Below are positions 15,182 to 22,487 of a DNA stretch of 40,855 nucleotides, one piece after another (the stretch's first letter is position 1; each line of letters begins with the position of its first letter). The notes under the pieces were generated by a model. The model had not been told where the DNA came from, did not search any database, and saw only the letters and a program-made list of their open reading frames with translations. Source of the DNA: a virus (taxonomy: Duplodnaviria > Caudoviricetes); the IMG/VR virus record IMGVR_UViG_3300021560_000011, positions 1-40,855 of that record; one strand, 5' to 3'. The translations under genes were made by a program, and so were the position numbers.

Positions 15182-16927
15182 ATGCCTAAATTAACTTACA
15201 CTTGCCCTATATGTTCCAAGCAGCTTAAGCTTAAAGAGGAACTAGAGCTAGGAGGAGAGAAGTTATTCTCCTATACCTGTGGACACTCCTTTGCACGTGA
15301 TATAACCCACTTATCCAAGGATAGCATTGATTTTAATGCTGTGGATGGTTCCGGTAAAGCTGCTAGACACTATCAGGAGGATGGAATCCAGTTTATACTA
15401 GAGTCCGATTTTAACTGTATTGTAGCGGACCAGATGCGTTTAGGTAAAACTCCGCAAGCTCTCCTAGCTCTCAAGCATGCTTACAAGGATAGGACTCCTG
15501 CACTTATTCTGGTTAAAGGTGCAAACTTGTGGCAATGGTGCCGTGAGTATAAAGTATGGTGTGACTCACTCCCCAATGGAATCTTTCCTATCATTGGTTC
15601 CAAGGCTTGGATTCCCCCAGGTTTCTCCGCTTACATTATAAGTATGGATACCTTCGCTAAGCCTACTATCCAAGAAGCTTTGCGGAAGATTCACTTTAAA
15701 CTTATCATCGCTGACGAAGCTCACTCCTACAAGAACACTGACTCTAACCGATCACAAGCTCTAGTAGAGTTTATGGCTTTCCAGAATACAGGTGAGCTTC
15801 CCCAGTCTATAAAGTTTACCTGTCCTAAGTGTTCTACAGAGTGGGAAGAAAAGTCTATCCAGAAAATAGATAAGCGGATAGGCTTGAAGACTGTATACAA
15901 GCACTCCAAGTGTCCTAAGTGCTCCTGGTACCAGTCTATAACTGCTGGTTCCTCAGAACAGGATAAGGATGACCCAGAACTTAAACCCTGTGGTATAGTC
16001 TTACTGACTGGTACTCCTATCTTAAACCGGGCTTCAGAATATTTTGTACCCCTTAACTTAGTTAACCCGGAAAAATTTTCATCCTTTGAGCGTTTCAAGA
16101 ATAACTGGCTAGATCCCACAGGACAACGCCCTTACAGTAGGGTTAAAGATTGGAAGCTAGGAGACTTTAAACGTGAAATAGCTTCCTTTTTAATCCGGCG
16201 AGAAAAGGAGGATGTATACAAGGAATTACCAAAGTTGAATAAACTTTACACACTAATAGACCCTGATAAGACCCTCCTAGCTAAGAAGTATAATCAGGTT
16301 CTAGACCAGCTAGAGCTTAAACTAGCTAGTAAGGCTAAGCTAACTTTCTTTGATTCCCTAGCTGAGATGACTGAACTCCGCCGCTTGTGTGGTCTTATGA
16401 AAGTATGTTGGTCCCAAGACTACCTTGAGGATTGCAGAAATGAGACTGAAGCTAAATATGCTATAGGTATTCATCATGAGTCAGTTCGGGATACTCTCTA
16501 CCTAGCTTTAGGTGGTGCTGACCACTGCTTTAAGCTATCCGGTGAAGATAATTCAGACCGGAAAGACTGGATCATGCGGAACTGGGCTGAGAGTAATAAG
16601 CAATTCCTAATCATAAATATGCTAGCAGGCGGAGTAGGTATGGACTTTCACTACTGTGATAACGTGCTAGTACTTGAAAGACAGTGGAATGGGGAGATAG
16701 AGTCACAATTTGAATTTCGCTTCTACAATCCGGATTTAAGTATCAAAAAGAATCCAACCAATGTGGAATACATTATATGTAGAGGTACTCTTGATGAGTG
16801 GTTTTATGATCTTATTGAGAGTAAGAAACAAGCCGTAGGTGAAACTGTCTACAATAACTTTGATTTAGAGACTGATGTGGATTCATTTAGGAATCTAGTA
16901 GAGAGGACTGTGTCGAATAGGTTATGA
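15182..16927 (+). CDS. SNF2-family (SF2) helicase/ATPase with two Zn-binding modules
   Basis: YQEDGI Q-motif, ADQMRLGKT, IIADEAH, LLTGTPILN, AGGVGMDF; N-terminal CPIC..CGH; inserted CPKC..CPKC. Confidence 0.9.
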   Translation: MPKLTYTCPICSKQLKLKEELELGGEKLFSYTCGHSFARDITHLSKDSIDFNAVDGSGKAARHYQEDGIQFILESDFNCIVADQMRLGKTPQALLALKHAYKDRTPALILVKGANLWQWCREYKVWCDSLPNGIFPIIGSKAWIPPGFSAYIISMDTFAKPTIQEALRKIHFKLIIADEAHSYKNTDSNRSQALVEFMAFQNTGELPQSIKFTCPKCSTEWEEKSIQKIDKRIGLKTVYKHSKCPKCSWYQSITAGSSEQDKDDPELKPCGIVLLTGTPILNRASEYFVPLNLVNPEKFSSFERFKNNWLDPTGQRPYSRVKDWKLGDFKREIASFLIRREKEDVYKELPKLNKLYTLIDPDKTLLAKKYNQVLDQLELKLASKAKLTFFDSLAEMTELRRLCGLMKVCWSQDYLEDCRNETEAKYAIGIHHESVRDTLYLALGGADHCFKLSGEDNSDRKDWIMRNWAESNKQFLIINMLAGGVGMDFHYCDNVLVLERQWNGEIESQFEFRFYNPDLSIKKNPTNVEYIICRGTLDEWFYDLIESKKQAVGETVYNNFDLETDVDSFRNLVERTVSNRL

Positions 16928-17088
16928 ATAAAAGAAGAGAAGAAAACTTAAAGAAAAGTGAGCAACTAGCTAACTTTTGGTTAATACTAGGTTGTCTAGC
17001 TCTCTTATGGTATGCAATATACTGTTGGAGTAACCCTGATCCAACAAGATTTGCAATTCCAGTATATAATGTAGATAAGGGAAGCTAA
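16924..17088 (+). CDS. 54-aa single-TM membrane peptide (not in ORF track)
   Basis: MNKRREENLKKSEQLANFWLILGCLALLWYAIYCWSNPDPTRFAIPVYNVDKGS; ATGA overlap with the helicase. Confidence 0.65.
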   Translation: MNKRREENLKKSEQLANFWLILGCLALLWYAIYCWSNPDPTRFAIPVYNVDKGS

Positions 17089-17091
17089 AGT

Positions 17092-17307
17092 ATGACTAAA
17101 CCTTCCCTACGCGGGCCTAACTCGGTTTTAAGTGACTTCATGCGGAATATAGAAGATAACGTACACTTAATATCAGTGAAAGAAAGACTTGCTGATGGCC
17201 GATACGTTACAGTCTACTTGGAAACCTTACCACTCAAGAGGTTTATCTACTGGGTTAATAGATGGCATAGCTTGAATCAAGTACCTTATAAGGTAATACC
17301 TAAATGA
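17092..17307 (+). CDS. hypothetical protein
   Basis: 71-aa ORF in a tightly packed operon. Confidence 0.6.
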   Translation: MTKPSLRGPNSVLSDFMRNIEDNVHLISVKERLADGRYVTVYLETLPLKRFIYWVNRWHSLNQVPYKVIPK

Positions 17308-17909
17308 AGCTGGATTCAAGAGAATATGCTAGAGATAGTATCCTGGTTAAGGATAAGCCTATTAGACAGTACAAAGGCAGGCCTAAGTTAAAGTTTATTA
17401 TCCCTCACCTTACTCTATGCTTCTACTGTAAGGATGAACTAGCTAACACTTGGGACCATATAATACCTTATTCATTAGGAGGTGAAGATATCAGAGAGAA
17501 TTTAGTTCCTTCATGTCAGAAATGTAACTCACTAGCTGGTGCTATGCTATTTAGCACATTAGAAGATAAAAAGACATATATTAATGATAAAAGACTGACT
17601 TCTAGAGAAAAGCATAGAGATAAGCACTTTTTCAAGCAGGCTACACCTAGAGCGTCTAGGGATGCTAGAAAAGTAGCACCTACTAAGGAACTAGTAGTCA
17701 AGCCCCCCAAAACCTTCATAAAATGGACCCGCTCAAAGCTACCCTCAGAACGTCACGCTTTGAAGCCAGGAGGCTTACCAGCGAATCAATTTGAGGAACT
17801 GGTCCCTTTCCATCAATCTAACGTGCTCAACGCTGTACGCCTTCACTTGAGGGAAGTCGCTCAAAAACAGCGTGCTTGCAAGAGGGGAACCCCCTATGCT
17901 ACACTCTAG
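17304..17909 (+). CDS. HNH endonuclease (Zn-finger, McrA-like) with basic C-terminal tail
   Basis: CFYC...TWDHIIPYSLGG...ENLVPSCQKCN. Confidence 0.85.
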   Translation: MKLDSREYARDSILVKDKPIRQYKGRPKLKFIIPHLTLCFYCKDELANTWDHIIPYSLGGEDIRENLVPSCQKCNSLAGAMLFSTLEDKKTYINDKRLTSREKHRDKHFFKQATPRASRDARKVAPTKELVVKPPKTFIKWTRSKLPSERHALKPGGLPANQFEELVPFHQSNVLNAVRLHLREVAQKQRACKRGTPYATL

Positions 17910-17954
17910 GGGTGTGCTGAAAAAGTACGTTACAGGAGGATTTAAGATAAAATA

Positions 17955-18617
17955 ATGGACAACTCTAGCATAATCGATAAAATAAAGAAGCTCATAGCTC
18001 TTTCTGAAGATTCAGGAGCTACAGAAGCTGAGAAGCTCTTAGCTCTTAAGCAAGCTCAACGCCTAATGCTCAAGTACTCACTTAGTGAAGAAGCTTTACT
18101 TAATGGGGCGGAACCGGAAATAATCGAATCCGAATTTAAGTTGGACCGGCCAATCTTCTATCTTGATGCTAAGAAGCTTTGTCTGATAGCTAGTCTGGTA
18201 GGAGAAAGCTTTGGTTGTTATGCTTGTTTCAACTTAAAAGGGCAAGTGAAGCTTTTCGGATTCCGGGTTAACTGTCAGATAGTAGATTACACTATCAAGG
18301 TACTACTTAACCAGGGTATAAGAGATTGCGCAACTGGATGGAAGTTGAATCCATCAGCAAGTTACAAGATGAGCTTCTGGAAAGGTTTCGCAGTAGGTTT
18401 AGAGGAACGTTTTACTAAAATTAAATTAAGTGACGAGGTAGGAATACAACTTTATGATAAGGTCAAAGACTTCTTTAGTCAAAGAGTTAAGTTTACTGAT
18501 ACTACTAGCTTCCTTGGTTATTCTCTTGAAGCACACAGTGCTGGGAAAAAGAGTGCTAGGGATGCAGTGGTTACTCAGGCTCTAGGAACTGAGAGCAAGG
18601 AGAGAAAACTACTGTGA
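17955..18617 (+). CDS. DUF2786-domain protein
   Basis: IIDKIKKLIALS...TEAE...ALKQAQRLMLKY N-terminal signature; SFWKGF later; RBS GGAGG. Confidence 0.8.
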   Translation: MDNSSIIDKIKKLIALSEDSGATEAEKLLALKQAQRLMLKYSLSEEALLNGAEPEIIESEFKLDRPIFYLDAKKLCLIASLVGESFGCYACFNLKGQVKLFGFRVNCQIVDYTIKVLLNQGIRDCATGWKLNPSASYKMSFWKGFAVGLEERFTKIKLSDEVGIQLYDKVKDFFSQRVKFTDTTSFLGYSLEAHSAGKKSARDAVVTQALGTESKERKLL

Positions 18618-18811
18618 CAGATACCGTAATTGTAGCTCTAATTAGCTCTAGCAGTGCTGTTTTAGTATCAGTAACAGCACTTATTCTTAACTACAGACTG
18701 TTCAATAGTCTAGAACGCAGAATTGAAGTTATCGAGAAAGATCTAAAGGAATTTTTCAAGTTACTTGCTGAACATGATAAGAGAATCTCTAAACTAGAGG
18801 ATAAAAATTAA
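18614..18811 (+). CDS. small TM plus coiled-coil protein
   Basis: Hydrophobic N-terminus then LERRIEVIEKDL...HDKRISKLE. Confidence 0.7.
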   Translation: MTDTVIVALISSSSAVLVSVTALILNYRLFNSLERRIEVIEKDLKEFFKLLAEHDKRISKLEDKN

Positions 18812-18814
18812 CCG

Positions 18815-19804
18815 ATGCCTAAATTTACCCTTGCTGTTGATAGCAGCCAGATAAGCTGCTTTCTAGAATGTCCGCAAAAGTGGGTTAACCAGTATCTTAA
18901 GCGGCTTGTACCCATAAGATACCAACAAGATGAATCCCTGAATATGGGGTCTTATGCTCATAAGCTCCTAGAGATATATTATCAGTGTAAAGCTCGTGGA
19001 GTTGGTCTTAATGATACTATGCTCCTAATGGATGCTTACAATCCGGATAATAACCAATGTGAATGCGGGTGTGCTAAAGAGTATCATACTGAAATACCTA
19101 CCTTAGGGATAGTAGAATGTTCTCGTTGCTCTATGATTAAAAGAGGATGCTCTAACTTCCGTCCCAAGTCGCTAGAACTCCCTGATAAGGTCAGAAAGAA
19201 GGTACGGAAGAGAATAGTAGACTATGTAGGTTACTATCAGCGAGATGATATCCAACCACTAAGTGAGAAACACGTAGAAGTCGGGTTCAGTGAGACTATC
19301 TACGAAGATCAGGATAACCTGTTTGTACTTGAAGGTCGGATAGACCTGATAGGTAAAGTGCAGGGTCTTGATTGTTTCATGGATCATAAGATTCAGGGTA
19401 AGACTTATTACCTATACGATAAAAATATCCAAATGAAGAATTACATGCTTATAACGAAGCTCCCTATGGGCTTGATTAACTATATTAGACTAACAGATAA
19501 GGTAGAGAAAGATATAACCCTTCAACGACATATAGTTAATATGAACCGGGTTGAGTTAGGAATCTGGCATAAGCGTTTGATTCAAGTATTCTATCGTATG
19601 AAGAAAACTGTGCAGGCTTTCAGTAATAAGCAAGAATCAGAACGTAACTGGAATGCTTGTTCTGGAGGTAAGCTTACTTATGATTTAACTAAACCTTCCT
19701 GGTGTTGGTATACTTCCTTGTGTGAATCAACTGATCCTGAAATAGCTAGCAGAGAGGAGTCTAGACTTTTCAAAATCAATGAGAATCCTTGGAGGCCGTG
19801 GTGA
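18815..19804 (+). CDS. PD-(D/E)XK exonuclease, Cas4/RecB-like
   Basis: SQISCFLECP, GSYAH, VEV, GRIDLI, MDHK, QMKNY and C-terminal C..C..C cluster (NAC...WCWYTSLC). Confidence 0.85.
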   Translation: MPKFTLAVDSSQISCFLECPQKWVNQYLKRLVPIRYQQDESLNMGSYAHKLLEIYYQCKARGVGLNDTMLLMDAYNPDNNQCECGCAKEYHTEIPTLGIVECSRCSMIKRGCSNFRPKSLELPDKVRKKVRKRIVDYVGYYQRDDIQPLSEKHVEVGFSETIYEDQDNLFVLEGRIDLIGKVQGLDCFMDHKIQGKTYYLYDKNIQMKNYMLITKLPMGLINYIRLTDKVEKDITLQRHIVNMNRVELGIWHKRLIQVFYRMKKTVQAFSNKQESERNWNACSGGKLTYDLTKPSWCWYTSLCESTDPEIASREESRLFKINENPWRPW

Positions 19805-20007
19805 CACCTATAGATAAACTTACTGAGAGAGTAGATGCTCTTACTCACACAGTGGAGAATCTTAGCGGACTGATGCAAACCTATATGGCTAAAATTGATG
19901 ACTATATAGGTAAGTCTGAAGCTATGTTTACAGTCCTAGTTAAAGCTGTAGCGGACCATGAACATAGACTTACTGACATAGAGGAGGATGAAAATAACCA
20001 TGCCTAG
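19801..20007 (+). CDS. small coiled-coil protein
   Basis: GTG start after GGAGG with GTGA overlap; ERVDALTHTVENL...DHEHRLTDIE. Confidence 0.7.
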   Translation: MTPIDKLTERVDALTHTVENLSGLMQTYMAKIDDYIGKSEAMFTVLVKAVADHEHRLTDIEEDENNHA

Positions 20008-20377
20008 CCTCAAACACACTCATACTTACGCTAAGTTCAAAGGCAAGCCCGGATTCTGGAAGTGTAATGCCCCTGATTGCACTCACTACGCACACAGAGA
20101 ACTAGTGGTAGGTAAGTACAGTCTATGTAATATTTGTGGAGCACAGATGAAACTTACCTTCCAAGACATGAAGAGAGTAGAGCCTAGATGCTTAAACTGT
20201 TCAAATACTAAAAAGGGTCGTATGGCTCGTAAGGCTCTTGAGATTACACAGTACCTTGGAACCGAATCCTTCGCTAAGACCGAATCCTTACCTCTTGAAG
20301 AGAATCCAGAACTAAACTTTGATCCGCCACTACCAGAACTGCCCAGGTTTAGAATAGAGGATGAAGAGAATGGATAA
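19988..20377 (+). CDS. Cys/His-rich Zn-binding protein
   Basis: HTHTY, CNAPDCTH, CNIC, CLNC; start may be ATG 20000. Confidence 0.7.
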   Translation: MKITMPSLKHTHTYAKFKGKPGFWKCNAPDCTHYAHRELVVGKYSLCNICGAQMKLTFQDMKRVEPRCLNCSNTKKGRMARKALEITQYLGTESFAKTESLPLEENPELNFDPPLPELPRFRIEDEENG

Positions 20378-20591
20378 GACCGGAATACGTATTGCGCGTC
20401 GGGTTGTGGCTTATATGTTGTCAGTAGCTGAACAGCAAGTGGATTTAGCTTTCTTCCAAGGTTTAGGTATGGGACTAGCTATCTGCTTTGAGGAGATGAC
20501 TGGAAGCACAGCTAAGAATAAAAAGCCGCAGGAACTTATGCAGTGGGCTTTAGCCTTACCGGACGAAAAGTACCCTAAGGTGAGTACCTAA
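20361..20591 (+). CDS. hypothetical protein
   Basis: 76-aa ORF in operon; start may be 20370. Confidence 0.6.
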   Translation: MKRMDKTGIRIARRVVAYMLSVAEQQVDLAFFQGLGMGLAICFEEMTGSTAKNKKPQELMQWALALPDEKYPKVST

Positions 20592-20744
20592 ATGGAACTA
20601 TTTATTCAAGTAACTTTCCCTCTAGTTTTAACTATCAGTCTTAACGGTTGGCTGTTAGTAGCTTGGATTTAGAGTAAAAGAATAGACGATCTTTCTAAGC
20701 GAATTAGAGAGATAGAAAAGAAGGAATATGCCCATAGCCTCTAA
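20592..20744 (+). pseudogene. TM plus coiled-coil small gene interrupted by an in-frame TAG (20670-20672)
   Basis: MELFIQVTFPLVLTISLNGWLLVAWI*SKRIDDLSKRIREIEKKEYAHSL; fills the gap exactly and resembles the 18614 architecture. Confidence 0.6.
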
Positions 20745-21576
20745 CTTAACCCCCGAATCAAGATTCATGGCTCTTTTTGTTGGGCCTAAGCACAGTGGTA
20801 AAACTGTTGCAGCTTGTTCTTGGCTTGGGGATAATAAGCAGAAGAGACTGAAAGTCTTGGACGGTGATGGTAGAATCAGGGGAATCTTAGGAGCATCCTG
20901 GATTGATCTTTCTCGTATAGATTATGATTATTTCCCTCCAAGAATCGCTGGTAATACAAAGACTTTTTTTGAGCGTGTTAATGAAGATCTTGATGCTTTT
21001 CTTACCTTAATTAGCTCAGGTCGTTCGCCCTATGAAACTTATGTAAGTGACTCTGCTACTGCTTTTTGTGGTAATCTTATTATTGACGCTACACCTTTAA
21101 CCCACGCAGATGGTAAAGGAAAGAAACTAGGTACTCTTAACATGCCTGGACCTGAAGATTATGGATTCGAGTCTACTGGTATGAATAGTTACTTAAGCTT
21201 CTTACGCTCTCTCCCTATCAATGTTATTATGACCGCACATGTAGTTGATAAATATGATAAGCCACTTATAACAGATTCTCGTGGCCGGACTTATAAAGAT
21301 CAGTACGCGGATAGTATAAAAGTAGGCGAAAAACTCTCCCTACGGGATAAAATTAGTGCCAACATGAGTATATACTTTGACCATATCTTTAGATTTGACC
21401 GGCAGATGGTTCAAGGTGACGAAAGATTCTTTGTAGAATATATTGGGGATATAGCTTGTACTAGTTTCCCTAATTTAAAGCCTGGTCAACATGATATCAC
21501 CAGCAAAGACTTTAGAAAGTTTACTCTGGATCTTGTAGGTAAAGCTAGAGTAGAATCAGAAGTAGTAGTTAAATAA
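20728..21576 (+). CDS. Sak4-like / AAA_24 P-loop ATPase (single-strand annealing recombinase)
   Basis: Walker A GPKHSGKT, VLDGD, YVSDSAT, DYG, IMTAH, YFD; located between exonuclease and SSB. Confidence 0.8.
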   Translation: MPIASNLTPESRFMALFVGPKHSGKTVAACSWLGDNKQKRLKVLDGDGRIRGILGASWIDLSRIDYDYFPPRIAGNTKTFFERVNEDLDAFLTLISSGRSPYETYVSDSATAFCGNLIIDATPLTHADGKGKKLGTLNMPGPEDYGFESTGMNSYLSFLRSLPINVIMTAHVVDKYDKPLITDSRGRTYKDQYADSIKVGEKLSLRDKISANMSIYFDHIFRFDRQMVQGDERFFVEYIGDIACTSFPNLKPGQHDITSKDFRKFTLDLVGKARVESEVVVK

Positions 21577-21595
21577 CATAAAGGAGCTAAACCAG

Positions 21596-22033
21596 ATGCC
21601 TGTAATTCAGTTTTCACCAGCAGATGCCCTACAAACAACAGTAGTGCCTGCTAACATATATCCTTCTCAGATTGCTTCTATCACTGGACCTAAAAACTCC
21701 AGTAGTGGAAAGTCTGTTCACTACTTTGTGGACATTGAGATTATTGAGGGACAGTACAAAGGTAAAACTCGTACTGTTATCTTTAACTCAGAGTCCAACA
21801 ACATTAGTATGCTGGGAGATATGCAGTTCTTCCCTCAGTCTTATTTTCTATTGGTAGATTCTGCTATCAACGGACGTGAAGTTAAAGCTGTGGATTATGC
21901 TTTCGACACAGATTCTGTACTTCACAAACCTTTTGATGCAGCCTGGGGAGTGGAAACAGTGGAAGGACACTTAGTTAATGTTATTAATAGCTTTCACCCG
22001 AAAGGATACGGAGCACAAGCTCCTTCCTTCTAG
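21596..22033 (+). CDS. probable single-stranded DNA-binding protein (DUF669-like OB fold)
   Basis: Follows Sak4; VPANIY...I, EGQYKGK, N.I..F pattern; ends in aromatic PSF. Confidence 0.6.
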   Translation: MPVIQFSPADALQTTVVPANIYPSQIASITGPKNSSSGKSVHYFVDIEIIEGQYKGKTRTVIFNSESNNISMLGDMQFFPQSYFLLVDSAINGREVKAVDYAFDTDSVLHKPFDAAWGVETVEGHLVNVINSFHPKGYGAQAPSF

Positions 22034-22204
22034 ACTAGGGTGAAGTTTAAAGGAAGGTAAGTCGCGCGCACAAAAACCTAGAAGCTAAGGTATACAATAT
22101 CGGAGGAGGGTTCCGAAAGAACCTAGAATTGGGATCTGCACAGATGTTGGAACTGATCCTACCACCGAACGCGGCTTAGGTTTTAAGTACTGGAGAGCTT
22201 AAAA
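22022..22204 (+). ncRNA. candidate structured RNA / cis-regulatory element
   Basis: Helices 22022-29/22050-57, 22058-66/22170-78, 22073-79/22178-84, 22101-06/22162-67, 22109-13/22119-23, 22132-36/22155-59, 22181-87/22198-204. Confidence 0.55.
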
Positions 22205-22247
22205 TGCAATACGAAAAGAAGAACCTATACCAGCTAATATTAGACAA

Positions 22248-22475
22248 TTGATGAATGATATAGGTAATATTATTGGAAGAGTAATCCAAGAGCAGGTTAA
22301 CAAGGGGGATGAGAAATACGGTTTTGCTTTATTTATGTTTGATTTTAAACCTGGGAGAATAAGTTATATATCAAATGCTGATAGACAAGATATGTTAGCT
22401 GCTATTAAAGAATTTATAGCTAAAAGTGAAGGGCGATTTGATGACACTATAGATTTCACTAAGAGGAAAGTATAG
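22248..22475 (+). CDS. hypothetical phage protein (YISNAxRxDM motif)
   Basis: GFALFMFDF...SYISNADRQDMLAAIKEFI; likely start ATG 22251. Confidence 0.7.
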   Translation: MMNDIGNIIGRVIQEQVNKGDEKYGFALFMFDFKPGRISYISNADRQDMLAAIKEFIAKSEGRFDDTIDFTKRKV

Positions 22476-22487
22476 AACACTAAACTT

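Noticed and set aside
15790-15990. Intein in the SNF2 helicase
   Set aside because: The insert is only ~70 aa, is a CxxC..CxxC ribbon, and lacks the C-terminal His-Asn followed by Cys/Ser/Thr.
20670-20672. Genome-wide amber (TAG) recoding
   Set aside because: TAG ends full-length portal, terL and ssb genes; long genes are uninterrupted in the standard code; no suppressor tRNA seen. Only one small gene shows an internal TAG.
22204-22253. Programmed frameshift joining the 15-codon uORF to the 22248 gene
   Set aside because: No canonical X XXY YYZ slippery site in the right frame; the TGATG overlap explains expression by translational coupling.
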